A stretch of 64,000 nucleotides of DNA from Candidatus Multivoradales bacterium (GCA_965223325.1 CBDCWI010000002.1:3008001-3072000), one strand, 5' to 3'; shown: positions 19,574-29,538, counted from the stretch's first letter. Notes: generated by a model not told the origin, from the sequence alone. Program-made: numbers and translations.

Positions 19574-20398
19574 TCACTTCTGGCAGCGAGGGCAATAGAA
19601 AGTGCTACGGCCAGAGTGAACTGAACGGCGCACGGTCGCCCCACACGCATGGCACGGCTCTCCCTGGCGACCGTAGACGTCGAGCGAGACCTGAAAGTAG
19701 CCGGGTTCTCCGGCACCGTTGGCGAAATCGTTGAGTGTCGTCCCGCCTTCCCTGATTGCCGAAGACAGGACGTGACGTACCGACTCCGCGAGGGCATCGA
19801 ACCGCTTCGAGGCGATCCGTGCCACCGACCGGTTCGGGTGAATGCCAGCGCGAAACAGCGCCTCACATGCGTAGATGTTCCCCACTCCCACGACCAGCCG
19901 CGCGTCCATGAGAAAGGTCTTCACCGGCGCGCGCCGCCCCTTCGCCAGCCGCGCGAGCAACGCGCCGTCGAACTCACTCTCGAGCGGCTCCACGCCCAGG
20001 TGCTTGAAGTGCCGATCACACCCTTCGTCGTCACGGGCGACCACGAAGACCACCCCGAAGCGGCGCGGGTCGCGAAAGCGCAGTTGCCGCCCGTCGTCGA
20101 TCCCGAACACGAGGTGTTCATGTGGCTCTGGCGGAGCAGCCGCCGACTCCACCACCAGACGACCGCTCATTCCGAGATGGACCACCAGAGCATGGTCTCC
20201 TTCGACGTCGATCAGGAGGTACTTCGCCCGCCTGCGCAAGCCGATGACCCTCCGGTCCACGATCGACTCTTTGAGTTCCCGTTTGGGAATCGGCTCGCGC
20301 AGGCTTGGAAAACGAACCTCGACCGAAGAGAAGCGCTGGCCGATGAGCACCGGCTCGAGACTCCGCTTGAGGACCTCGACCTCCGGAAGCTCCGGCAT
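19574..20398 (-). CDS. mutM: Formamidopyrimidine-DNA glycosylase
   Basis: MPELPEVE, RRAKYL, HLGMSG, DPRRFG, GVGNIY, C-terminal CxxC...CxxCQ zinc finger. Confidence 0.97.
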   Translation of the reverse strand: MPELPEVEVLKRSLEPVLIGQRFSSVEVRFPSLREPIPKRELKESIVDRRVIGLRRRAKYLLIDVEGDHALVVHLGMSGRLVVESAAAPPEPHEHLVFGIDDGRQLRFRDPRRFGVVFVVARDDEGCDRHFKHLGVEPLESEFDGALLARLAKGRRAPVKTFLMDARLVVGVGNIYACEALFRAGIHPNRSVARIASKRFDALAESVRHVLSSAIREGGTTLNDFANGAGEPGYFQVSLDVYGRQGEPCHACGATVRRSVHSGRSTFYCPRCQK

Positions 20399-20405
20399 CC
20401 AAGAG

Positions 20406-21890
20406 CTACCGACGCCGGGCGCGCGAGCGCCGACCGCCAACCGAAACCGCCGCCACCAACTGCGCGAGCGCGACTTCGGGTTCGCCGCTCTCTCCCTTGA
20501 GGCGCATCTCGGTTTCGAGCACGCGCGCCGGCAGGTTGTTCAGATTGCTCGACTGCAACCGCGACGCCGCCGAGTAGATGCGAAAAAGGCGAAACGGGTG
20601 CATGCCGGCCAGGGGGTTGACGATTCCGTCGGGTAACTCACCCTGCAGTCGGGGTGCGTGGCTCGACTTGAAACGATTGTAGTTGCTCTCGCCCATCGTG
20701 ACTCCGAGTAGCCGCGCATTGGCCTGCACGCTCACGATGTTGGTGCAAAACCCCGAGATCAGAGAGAAGAAGCTCAGCCGCGCCGCCATCTCGTCGTCGG
20801 CCGACGCCATCATGCGACGTAGACGCGACAGAGCCTCGCCGGGTTTCCCGTCACCCACCGCATCGAGGAGCTTCCAGACATCCTCTTCGCCACGATCGAC
20901 CACCACATCCTCGACCAGAGTGCGGGTGATCGGCCCCCCGTCGGCAAGCGACGCGAGCTTTCGGTACTCACCAGCCAGTCGTGAGGTCGAGTCGGCATGG
21001 ATGCCGCCTCCGCCGCCTCTCGCGTCACTCTTGCGCAGGGTTCTGCGGGCGAGCTCCTGGAGCGCCGCCGGCTCGATGCGTGCCCCGGTCTCGCGCTCGA
21101 GCTCGGCAGCGACTGGACCAAGGCCTTCGAAACCGCCCTGCCGAGTGACTTCGACGTGACCCACCGAGACGACGGCCCCCTGGGCCGCCAGGCGCTCGAC
21201 GATGGGATGATCAGGAGCAGCACTCGACTCGCAGAGGACCAACGAATGACCGTCGGGGAGCCCTTGTTCGAGCAGTTGGCCGAGGGCGCTGGCGTCGGAC
21301 TCGGCCCAACCCACCAGACCGGCAACCAGGCCGGCCTCGAGCAAGGTGCCCAGGCCCGAGCGCAGCTCCGCCACCTGCTTCTTCCCGCGCCCACGGTTCT
21401 TGCGCTTCTTTCGAAACGCCGCCCCGCCCTGAAAGGCCCAGTCGGGGATGTCGGCCAACACCGCGGGACCACTGCTAGGGTTGATGCCAAACAAGCGGCA
21501 CGCCTGCAACAGGCGACTCGCACCTGCCTTCGCCTTGCCGTCGAGCTGCAACACCTCGAGCGGCCCCGGCTCCGGCAGCGGTAACACCTCGCCCGCCGCA
21601 TCGATCAGGTCAGCCGCTGCTCGCCGGTCAGCGAATAGCGCCGTCTCGATGGCAAGAATGCACTTGCCGGACTCAAAGAGCGAGAAGGTCTGCAGGTCTT
21701 CGAGAACCTTCTCGAGCCCCGCTGGCCGCCGCTCCGACCGTACTTCCACGCCAGCGAGCTCGGCACGCGCACTAGCAATACGCTCCGCGACCGGTTCGGC
21801 CATCACCAGGTCGCCAACGACGATCCACACCGACGGCCCGTCGGCCTGGCCGGCACGCGCGACGGCTGCCGCGGCCGGATCGCTGCTCAA
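20406..21890 (-). CDS. holA: DNA polymerase III delta subunit (HolA-like, with insertions)
   Basis: LQTFSLFES; EEDVWKLLDAVGDG and HPFRL...LETEMRLKG collar motifs; 494 aa is longer than usual. Confidence 0.65.
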   Translation of the reverse strand: MSSDPAAAAVARAGQADGPSVWIVVGDLVMAEPVAERIASARAELAGVEVRSERRPAGLEKVLEDLQTFSLFESGKCILAIETALFADRRAAADLIDAAGEVLPLPEPGPLEVLQLDGKAKAGASRLLQACRLFGINPSSGPAVLADIPDWAFQGGAAFRKKRKNRGRGKKQVAELRSGLGTLLEAGLVAGLVGWAESDASALGQLLEQGLPDGHSLVLCESSAAPDHPIVERLAAQGAVVSVGHVEVTRQGGFEGLGPVAAELERETGARIEPAALQELARRTLRKSDARGGGGGIHADSTSRLAGEYRKLASLADGGPITRTLVEDVVVDRGEEDVWKLLDAVGDGKPGEALSRLRRMMASADDEMAARLSFFSLISGFCTNIVSVQANARLLGVTMGESNYNRFKSSHAPRLQGELPDGIVNPLAGMHPFRLFRIYSAASRLQSSNLNNLPARVLETEMRLKGESGEPEVALAQLVAAVSVGGRRSRARRR

Positions 21891-23323
21891 GACTCAGGCT
21901 CGGACGGACCTGGATCGCTCGGCTGAATCGAGAGCGAGGGACCCGGGTGACCATGGAATATCGGTCGCTGCTCCAGTTCCTGCTCCGCCTCGAACAGTCG
22001 CTCGTGTTCGAAGCCGAGCTCGACCGCATTCCATGACCCGCAGGCGCCACAACGACCGCGCCAGTCGTCGTACTCGCTGACACAGACACGGCAGCGATAG
22101 ACCGACTCACGCACGCCAAGCTGGTTGACCGCCGTACGGTAGGACATCGCCGCACGGCGAATCTCGCCCCGCCGCTCGCGAATGCGACCGAAGAGATAGT
22201 GGTAGGTCGGCAACTCCTCGATGCGGTCCTCGAGACCGGCCAATACCTTGTCGGCATCTTCGAGCATCTCGAGACGGTAGTAGAGACGCCCCAGAAAGAA
22301 GCGCGGCAGGAGATCGTCCGGGGCCAAAGCGATCACCGAGCGCATGACTTCAATCGCTCGCAGTGGCTCCTCTTCATCGAGCAGGTAGTCCTCGATGCGC
22401 TGCAGGAAGACCGGGTTGCCAGTGTCCTCGAAGCCCCTCCGCCAGGCGGCCAGGGCGGCGCTCTCGTCTTCGGAGATCAAGGCCACTTCACCCAACATGA
22501 TGCGCGCCGGAATGAAACTCGGGTCATCGACCAGGATGCGCTCGAACAAGAGAGCGGCATCGCTCAAACGTTCTTCTTCGAGAAGCGCAACGCCGCGCTG
22601 GTAGGCCAGACCGACGCGCTGGCCATGGTCGCGATGCGACGCCTCTTCATCGGGCCCGCCGGCCAACAACGCGTCGATTTCGTCTTGCAGCCGAGTGGCC
22701 TCCGACCAGTCGCCTACCGAGATCGCAACCGACCGCTGACTACGCAACGCCGCCACACCTCGGCCGCCGTACTCGCGCGCCACGCGCGCCCTGACCTCGT
22801 CGGCTACGCGCTGCTTGCCCTCGGCCTCGTAGTCCGCGGCCAGCTCATATTGGAGAGCGACGCTTCCCGGGAACAGTTCAGCCGCGGCTCGATGCACCTC
22901 GAGCGCCTCCGACGTTCGACCGAGGTGGCGCAAGATGCGCCCGCGAAGGAGCTGCGCGGCGAAGTCTCCCTCGCGCTCGGCGACCACCTGGTCTACCTGC
23001 TCGAGCGCCTTGCCGAGTTGGCTGTCGGCCTCGAAGTCGAAGGCCCGCCTCAACGCCTGGTCGGCACTGACTTCCTGGCGTGCCTGACGACGCTCGGCGC
23101 GCTCAGCCAGATCGCGCCTGACCGTGCGTACGAACAGGCTGGTCGCCGGCGGCAAGAAGCCCGCCAGAAACACCAGCACGCCCATCACCCAGAGTGGCAC
23201 GGAGGCGTCGCCCCAGAGAGCGAACGGCCGCTCGAGCAGTTCGCGGTTGGCGAGCGACAAGTAGGCGACGAGTATCGCGGCGCCCAGTGCCAGGAGAAAA
23301 CTGAAGTACGCCGGAAGTTTCAC
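21887..23323 (-). CDS. LapA-like membrane domain fused to LapB-like TPR/rubredoxin protein
   Basis: Two N-terminal TM helices (LapA-like), TPR repeats, C-terminal YRCRVC...WRGRCGACGSWN. Confidence 0.75.
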   Translation of the reverse strand: MKLPAYFSFLLALGAAILVAYLSLANRELLERPFALWGDASVPLWVMGVLVFLAGFLPPATSLFVRTVRRDLAERAERRQARQEVSADQALRRAFDFEADSQLGKALEQVDQVVAEREGDFAAQLLRGRILRHLGRTSEALEVHRAAAELFPGSVALQYELAADYEAEGKQRVADEVRARVAREYGGRGVAALRSQRSVAISVGDWSEATRLQDEIDALLAGGPDEEASHRDHGQRVGLAYQRGVALLEEERLSDAALLFERILVDDPSFIPARIMLGEVALISEDESAALAAWRRGFEDTGNPVFLQRIEDYLLDEEEPLRAIEVMRSVIALAPDDLLPRFFLGRLYYRLEMLEDADKVLAGLEDRIEELPTYHYLFGRIRERRGEIRRAAMSYRTAVNQLGVRESVYRCRVCVSEYDDWRGRCGACGSWNAVELGFEHERLFEAEQELEQRPIFHGHPGPSLSIQPSDPGPSEPES

Positions 23324-23512
23324 CCGTCGATGCTACCGCAGCCCGAACTCGTCTCGCCGGTCGACTCGACGCGCCGTGCCCCACCACCTCGGCTTGCCTC
23401 AGAGGCCAGGAGCCCGTGGTGAAAGACCCATGTGACCGAGGACGACTGCCCCGAGCGCGGGCCCGTCCTCGGCATCTGTCACTACACCTTCAGGTTGAGC
23501 CTACGCCGCTCC

Positions 23513-24598
23513 TCAGAGGTCGTCGAGCAGGCCCTTCTCGAACAGTTCCTGACTCTCGATGGTGAAACGAGTCCACGGAACCGCGCGCAGGCGTTCCGAA
23601 GGAATCGCCTCGCCAGAATGCTCGCAGAAGCCAAACTCACCGTCGGCCAGCCGCTGCAGCGCCTCTTCGACCCGTCGCAGGAGCTGCAGCTCGGATTCCC
23701 CGATGCTGGCCAGCAACTGACGGTTGTAGGCATTGTTGGCGCGATCGACGATGTCTTCGGTTCCGTCCTCATTGGGATCTGAATCAACACCAGCGTAGGC
23801 ACTGATCAGCTCGTCACGCTTCTCTTCGAGCTTGCGCCGGTAGAGCTCGAGATCCCTCTTCGAATGGGTGCGCTTCCGGCGCTTCGGCTTGGGTGCGCCA
23901 TCGAGGCGAACGATCTTGACGGTTGGCTTCTTACTCTTGGCCGAGGCCGGTCGCACCGAGCGCACCGGCTCGGCGCGCGCCATGGCCTTCCTGGCAGCCT
24001 CATCAGCCTTCTTCCGCGAGGAGCGTTTCTTGCGCTTCTTCTTGGGAGGCGCCTTCTTCTGGGCCTCCTTGGCGATCTTCTTCTTGGCAACCTTCTTCTT
24101 GGCCGCCTTCTTCTTGGCCGCCTTCTTCTTGGTGACCTTCTTCTTCTTGGCGACCTTTTTCTTGGCGACCTTTTTCTTGGCGACTTTCTTTTTCTTGGCG
24201 GGTCTCTTCTTCGTCGTCTTCTTCTTGGCCTTCTTGGCGACCTTCTTTTTGGCCGCCTTCTTCTTGACCTTCTTCTTGACCTTCTTTTTGACCTTCTTCT
24301 TGGCAGATCTTTTCTTCGCGATCTTCTTCTTTGCTGTCTTCCTCTTTGCCGGCTTCTTCTTCGCAGCCTTTCTCGCGACCTTCTTCTTGGAGACCTTCTT
24401 CTTCTTGGACTTCTTGGCGACCTTCTTCTTGGCCGTCTTCTTCTTGGCCGTCTTCTTCTTGCTGACCTTCTTCTTGGAGGTCTTCTTCTTCTTCGACACC
24501 TTCTTCTTCGACACCTTCTTCTTCAACGCCTTCTTCTCCGAAGTCTTCCTGGACGACTTCTTCTTGCTGGATCTCTTTTTGGTCTTCCTGGCGGCCAT
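23513..24598 (-). CDS. DksA/TraR-family protein with a long Lys-rich (histone H1-like) N-terminal tail
   Basis: C-terminal EDIVDRA coiled-coil tip and EALQRLADGEFGFCEHSGEAIPSERLRAVPWTR; ~190 aa of KKKxA/KKKxS repeats. Confidence 0.88.
   Translation of the reverse strand: MAARKTKKRSSKKKSSRKTSEKKALKKKVSKKKVSKKKKTSKKKVSKKKTAKKKTAKKKVAKKSKKKKVSKKKVARKAAKKKPAKRKTAKKKIAKKRSAKKKVKKKVKKKVKKKAAKKKVAKKAKKKTTKKRPAKKKKVAKKKVAKKKVAKKKKVTKKKAAKKKAAKKKVAKKKIAKEAQKKAPPKKKRKKRSSRKKADEAARKAMARAEPVRSVRPASAKSKKPTVKIVRLDGAPKPKRRKRTHSKRDLELYRRKLEEKRDELISAYAGVDSDPNEDGTEDIVDRANNAYNRQLLASIGESELQLLRRVEEALQRLADGEFGFCEHSGEAIPSERLRAVPWTRFTIESQELFEKGLLDDL
24010..24590 (-). repeat. Low-complexity pentapeptide repeats (KKKVA/KKKTA/KKKVS)
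   Basis: Plus strand shows recurring ~15-bp ccttcttcttggcga-like units. Confidence 0.85.
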
Positions 24599-24744
24599 TC
24601 CCTGCTACCTCCTCTGACCTATGCGCCTGGGCGCAGCTGAGCGGACGTACGTACCAACCGAACGATCCTCTAAACCAGGCTGGCGGAGTGCCTCTCTCGA
24701 GTGCTCGCAGCGTGCCCGCGGGCACCTGCTGCCGGCCAGCCGGC

Positions 24745-25221
24745 TTACAACGGCTCGCGATGGTAGCGTATTCCGGCCTTTATGGTGAATGCGCGGTATA
24801 CCTGTTCATAGAGGACCAGGCGCGCCAGCTCGTGCGGAAGGGTCATCGGGCCGAGCGACATGACCATGTCTGCGGCCTCGGTGACCTCGCGATCGAGCCC
24901 CAGATCCGACCCCACAACGAAGCACAACGGGTGCGGCCATTCCTCCTGCTGGCGCTCCAGCCAGCGGGCGAAAGCCTTGGAACTCACCGGTTTTCCCCGC
25001 CGATCGAGGGCCACCCGACGCACCGGCGGGGCCACCGCCGCCAGCAGGGCCCGCCCCTCCTCGCGCAGGCGGACGTGCTCGTCTTGTCGGTCACGGACCT
25101 TGACCGGCAGCTCGCGGAGGGACACGAAACGGGAGATCCGGTCGCGATAATCGGCGCAAAGGTCGTCCCAGCGGTCCCGGCGGTGTCGCCCCGCCCACAG
25201 AATGACGATTTCGCGCGCCAT
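24745..25221 (-). CDS. rlmH: 23S rRNA (pseudouridine-1915-N3)-methyltransferase
   Basis: LDRRGK, FVVGSDLG, SLGPMTLPHELARLVLYEQVYRA...YHR. Confidence 0.93.
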   Translation of the reverse strand: MAREIVILWAGRHRRDRWDDLCADYRDRISRFVSLRELPVKVRDRQDEHVRLREEGRALLAAVAPPVRRVALDRRGKPVSSKAFARWLERQQEEWPHPLCFVVGSDLGLDREVTEAADMVMSLGPMTLPHELARLVLYEQVYRAFTIKAGIRYHREPL

Positions 25222-25279
25222 GCTTTCAATCCTCGAAGGGCTCAGAGTCCCGGTTGTCTGCGTTATCCTCCGAGATCCT

Positions 25280-26272
25280 ATGGCCTGGACTCCCGAGCAA
25301 GAGCAACGCCGCCGCCGCCGTCGACGGCTGATCCGCGGACTGGTCGTGGGTGGGGCCGCCCTCGGCCTGCCCGCCCTCGCCAACGTCCTGGTGGCGCGGC
25401 GTGCCAAGGCCCTGCCGCCGCCCGACTGGGGCACGCCCGACCTCTACGACTGGCGCGACGGCACGGTAGCGTTCAGACGGCTCGGCGCCGGGCCGCCCAT
25501 CGTCCTTCTACATAGCTTCGGAGTGGGTCATTCGAGCCTCGAATGGCGAGCCGCCGCGCAGTTGCTGGCCGGGAGCTACGAGGTCATCGTGCCCGACCTG
25601 CTCGGCTGGGGCGACTCAGACAAGCCCTCGCGCACCTACGACGGCGAGCTCTACAACCAGCTGGTCGCCGACCTGATCGCCGACGTCGCGGGTCGGCGCG
25701 CCGTCATCGCCGCCTCGGGCCTCACCGCCGCGTACGCCGTCCAGTTGGCCGTCGACCAGCCGGAAAGCGTTCGCGGACTCGCCCTGGTGGCACCGATGGG
25801 GCTCGAACTGCACGGCGATGAGCCCGACATCAAGGACGCGATTGTCCATCGGCTCTTGCGTCTCCCGATCCTGGGGACTTCATCGCTCAACGTTTTCACC
25901 TCGAGGCGCGGGATCGTGCACCATCTCGAGCGCGAAGTCTTCGCCGATCCCGCCACAGCCAACGAAGACCTGATTGACGCCTACTACCGCGCCAGCCATC
26001 TCGAAGGCGCGCATGCCGCCCTGGCCGCCTATCTGGCCGGCTATCTCAACCACGACGTTGGCGATCTCCTGGCGCGTCTCGAACTGCCGGTCTGGCTGGC
26101 CTGGGGCCGCGAGGCGCGCAGCCCAGCGGTTGAAACGGCCGATCTCTGGCTGCGCTCGCTCGGCGACAGCCATCTCGAGGTGCTCGAACACGCCTCCGTT
26201 CAACCCCACGCCGAGCGCCCGCTCGAATTCACCGAGGCCCTGCAAGGCTTTCTCTCCTCACTGCGCGACTGA
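25280..26272 (+). CDS. Alpha/beta-fold hydrolase-like protein with N-terminal membrane anchor
   Basis: PPIVLLHS, PDLLGWGDSDKP, WG, PHAERP; the nucleophile elbow reads ASGLTA. Confidence 0.85.
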   Translation: MAWTPEQEQRRRRRRRLIRGLVVGGAALGLPALANVLVARRAKALPPPDWGTPDLYDWRDGTVAFRRLGAGPPIVLLHSFGVGHSSLEWRAAAQLLAGSYEVIVPDLLGWGDSDKPSRTYDGELYNQLVADLIADVAGRRAVIAASGLTAAYAVQLAVDQPESVRGLALVAPMGLELHGDEPDIKDAIVHRLLRLPILGTSSLNVFTSRRGIVHHLEREVFADPATANEDLIDAYYRASHLEGAHAALAAYLAGYLNHDVGDLLARLELPVWLAWGREARSPAVETADLWLRSLGDSHLEVLEHASVQPHAERPLEFTEALQGFLSSLRD

Positions 26273-26331
26273 CCGAGCCCGGACGCGCTATCCCCTTCCT
26301 ACAAACTCCTACCTCTCAGCTGGAGCCCCTG

Positions 26332-27684
26332 ATGGCTGGCATCTTCAAGGCCTACGACATTCGTGGCCTGTATCCCGAACAACTGAACGAAGACCTCGCG
26401 ACCCGTATTGGGTTATCGATGCAGTTTCTGATTGAGCCCGGCGAACCCGGAAGCCGCCGTATCGTCGTCGGCCACGACATGCGCAGCCATTCGATACCGC
26501 TGCACGCCAACCTGGTCGATGGGTTGCTGCGTGCCGGCTTCGACGTCGTCGACGTCGGCCTGGTGACCACGCCGATGAACTACTTCGCCGTCGGTCATCT
26601 CGAAGCAGACGGGGGCGTTCAGGTCACCGCAAGCCACAACCCGGCGCAGTACAACGGCATGAAAATGAGCCTTCACGGCGCGCGCCCGGTATCCGGAGAC
26701 GACGGAATCCCCGTCCTCGAGGAGAAGGCTACCGGTGCGGCTGAACTGCCCGAGGCCGGCCGCCGGGGCACACACCACCATGCCGACATCATGGAGGCGT
26801 ACGCCGAACGCATGCTGTCGTTCGTCGAACTCCCCGACGGCGCTCGCAAGCTCAAGGTGGTCGTCGACGCTGCCAACGGCATGGGTGCGATCTACGAACC
26901 GATTCTCGAGCAGGCCGGAATCGAGCTCGACCGGCTCTACTTCGAGCTCGACGGCACCTTCCCCAACCACGAAGCCAACCCCCTCAAGTTCGACTGCCTC
27001 GAGGACCTCGCCGCACGCGTCGTCGAAACCGGTGCGGACCTCGGCGTTTCCTTCGATGGCGATGCCGATCGCGCCGGCTTCGTCGATGAGCTTGGTCGAC
27101 CAGTCGGGTCAGACCTGGCAACGGCCCTCATCGCCGGCCGCCTGCTCGCCGTCCGATCGGGCACCGTTGTCTACGACGTACGCTCCTCGCGCGCTCTTCC
27201 CGAAGCGATCAAGCGCGCCGGCGGTACGCCTCGCCGCGAGCGCGTCGGGCACTCGTTCATCAAGGCGACCCTGCGCGAAACCGACGGCGTCTTCGGCGGC
27301 GAGCTCGCCGGCCACTACTACTTTCCGGAGACCTACTACGCCGACTCGTCGCTGCTCGCGGTCTTCCACATGCTCAACCTGCTGCGGAGCGACACGCGTT
27401 CCATGTCGCAATGGCTCGAACCGCTCATGACCTGGTCGAAGAGCCCCGAGGTCAACTTTGAGGTCGACGACAAAGAGAGCATGATGGAGGAACTCGCCGA
27501 GCGCTATCGAGACGGAACCGTCGACTGGCTCGACGGGGTGACCGTCGACTATCCAGAGTGGTGGTTCAACGTCCGCCCATCGAACACCGAGCCGCTTCTC
27601 CGCCTCGTTGTCGAAGCGGAGAGCGACGAGTTGTTGGCGTCCAAGCGAGCCGAACTCGAAGAGCTGCTCGGAACACCCGTTTGA
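26332..27684 (+). CDS. Phosphomannomutase/phosphoglucomutase
   Basis: IFKAYDIRG, TASHNP, FDGDADR, GGELAGH, VRPSNTEP. Confidence 0.96.
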   Translation: MAGIFKAYDIRGLYPEQLNEDLATRIGLSMQFLIEPGEPGSRRIVVGHDMRSHSIPLHANLVDGLLRAGFDVVDVGLVTTPMNYFAVGHLEADGGVQVTASHNPAQYNGMKMSLHGARPVSGDDGIPVLEEKATGAAELPEAGRRGTHHHADIMEAYAERMLSFVELPDGARKLKVVVDAANGMGAIYEPILEQAGIELDRLYFELDGTFPNHEANPLKFDCLEDLAARVVETGADLGVSFDGDADRAGFVDELGRPVGSDLATALIAGRLLAVRSGTVVYDVRSSRALPEAIKRAGGTPRRERVGHSFIKATLRETDGVFGGELAGHYYFPETYYADSSLLAVFHMLNLLRSDTRSMSQWLEPLMTWSKSPEVNFEVDDKESMMEELAERYRDGTVDWLDGVTVDYPEWWFNVRPSNTEPLLRLVVEAESDELLASKRAELEELLGTPV

Positions 27685-27729
27685 AACCGCGGGCAGCCGC
27701 TCGAGCGACGGGAGGCTGCTCGGGCCGGA

Positions 27730-28407
27730 TCAGGCGTTGCGACGCCCACCGAGAAGCATGGGCAGGTAGACGAGCAGGTAGCCGAGTGACGTGAGCATCG
27801 CGGCAACGTAGGTCAGAGCCGCGGCGTTCAGCACCTTCGACATGCCCGTCGCCTCTTCTCCGCGCACGATTCCGTACCGCTCAGCCAGCGCCTTGGCGCG
27901 CTTCGAGGCATTGAACTCAACCGGCAGCGTGACCAGCTGGAAGAGGAAAACGGCCGCGAAACCGAGAACGCCGATCAACACCAGGCCCCGGCTGGCCATG
28001 AACATGCCCGCCATAATCGCCATGAAGCCAAACCGCGAGCCGATGCTGGCGGTTGGAACGAGAGCCGAGCGCAACCACAGCGGAGCGTAGTTGCTCGCGT
28101 GCTGAATCGCGTGGCCGGCTTCGTGACAAGCGACTCCGACGGCCGCCACCGACCGCGACTGGTAGACCGACTCGGAAAGCGCGAGCTTCTTGGTCTTCGG
28201 GTTGTAGTGATCGGAAAGATGGCCGCGGGCCGGCACGATTTCGACGTCTCCGATTCCAGCTCCGCTCAGCAGGCGCTGTGCAGCTTCGGCACCGGTCAAA
28301 CCAGTCGAGACTGGGACCTTCGAGAACTTCGTAAAGGTCGTTTTCGTTTTCCATGCTGCCCACATCGACAGCATGATCGGGGCGACGAGGAAGAGAAGGT
28401 AGTTCAC
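27730..28407 (-). CDS. Membrane zinc metallopeptidase (YugP/Zn_peptidase_2)
   Basis: LSDHYNP, ACHEAGHAIQH, LPVEFNAS, AAALTYVAA. Confidence 0.92.
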   Translation of the reverse strand: MNYLLFLVAPIMLSMWAAWKTKTTFTKFSKVPVSTGLTGAEAAQRLLSGAGIGDVEIVPARGHLSDHYNPKTKKLALSESVYQSRSVAAVGVACHEAGHAIQHASNYAPLWLRSALVPTASIGSRFGFMAIMAGMFMASRGLVLIGVLGFAAVFLFQLVTLPVEFNASKRAKALAERYGIVRGEEATGMSKVLNAAALTYVAAMLTSLGYLLVYLPMLLGGRRNA

Positions 28408-28692
28408 AGAGTCTCCGTTTCGTTGGCTGCTAGCCGGCACCCGCGACGAAGCGTGGGTAGGCCGGACCTATCCCGAGCGACCGCAAGACTCGGCACTCGG
28501 GAACTCGAGATGTCATACGAGAAGTACCGCCAATTCTACCGGCGAAACCACGGTCGACGGCCACTCGCGGCCTCAGAGTGTGTTTCGGCCACCACCGAAA
28601 CAAGGGCGCTGGGGTTCATCAGCGGCTACAACAGGCAGCCGGGGCCGGTTCATTCCGGCGAGCAAAAGAAACGCAATCACGTGACCGCACCT

Positions 28693-29529
28693 CTAGAGCA
28701 TTTGTTCGCCTTCGTCACCGAACAGGACGGTGGGGCCTTCCGGCTGGTCGGTATCGGTGGACTCGAGCGTGATGCGAACCGACCGGAGGTCGGCTGGAAA
28801 CGATTCACTGGACAGCAGGATGGGCTCATCGCCTTCGACCTCGAAGCTTCCGCCGTGGACCATGCCGTCGCCGGTTTCGAACCAGACCACATAGACCATC
28901 GAGCCCGGAGACGGCTCGAGGCGCTCGGCAGCGAGCATCCAGCTGGCGCGATCTCCAGAAACGTAGAGCAGCGCGCGCGCCTCGGGTTGGATGACCGCAC
29001 CCTCGATCGGGCGGAGTGCACAGACCTCAACGCCCGGCAAGGCGACCTGTTCGATGCGCTCCTGAACTGCACCGAGGTCACGCAGCTGGGCGACCTCCGT
29101 TTCCAGCTGCGCAAAGCGCGAACGCTCCTCGCCCAGGCGCTCTAAGAGGAGCGCCGCCGCCGCCATCAAGCCGAAACAAAGAACCGCCAGCACCGCGGCG
29201 GCGAGCTGGGCGAAGCCCCAGCCAGTAGCCGACTCAGAAGCGACCGTCGGAGCCGGCGAGGTCTCGGCCTTCCAGAGCAGGACGTGGCTGCCTCCACGAG
29301 CCTCCTCAGCAACCGCGGCGAGGATCTGCGCCCGAAGCTCTGCTGACGGCTGGACCGGTTCGAGGACCTCGGGAAGTACCCCGAACAGTTCCAGGTAAGC
29401 GCGCTCCTCTCTGCCTTTCGACCACGGCGGCTCTGCCAGCCCATCGACGTAGTCGAGAACCGCCTCGGCAGCCCGGAGCTGCGGATCTTCTGTCCCCTTG
29501 ACGGGTCCCTGGGTCGAATCGTCGCTCAT
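28693..29529 (-). CDS. Anti-sigma factor, RskA-like
   Basis: Directly downstream of an ECF sigma; PSAELRAQIL, single TM, coiled coil, Y-x-x-W and ITLE...PEGP motifs. Confidence 0.82.
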   Translation of the reverse strand: MSDDSTQGPVKGTEDPQLRAAEAVLDYVDGLAEPPWSKGREERAYLELFGVLPEVLEPVQPSAELRAQILAAVAEEARGGSHVLLWKAETSPAPTVASESATGWGFAQLAAAVLAVLCFGLMAAAALLLERLGEERSRFAQLETEVAQLRDLGAVQERIEQVALPGVEVCALRPIEGAVIQPEARALLYVSGDRASWMLAAERLEPSPGSMVYVVWFETGDGMVHGGSFEVEGDEPILLSSESFPADLRSVRITLESTDTDQPEGPTVLFGDEGEQML

Positions 29530-29538
29530 GATGATGAT

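Noticed and set aside
23864-24725. Alternative-frame ORFs rich in F/L or E/G/Q
   Set aside because: Shadows of the lysine-repeat region; only the 23513-24598 frame carries the DksA domain.
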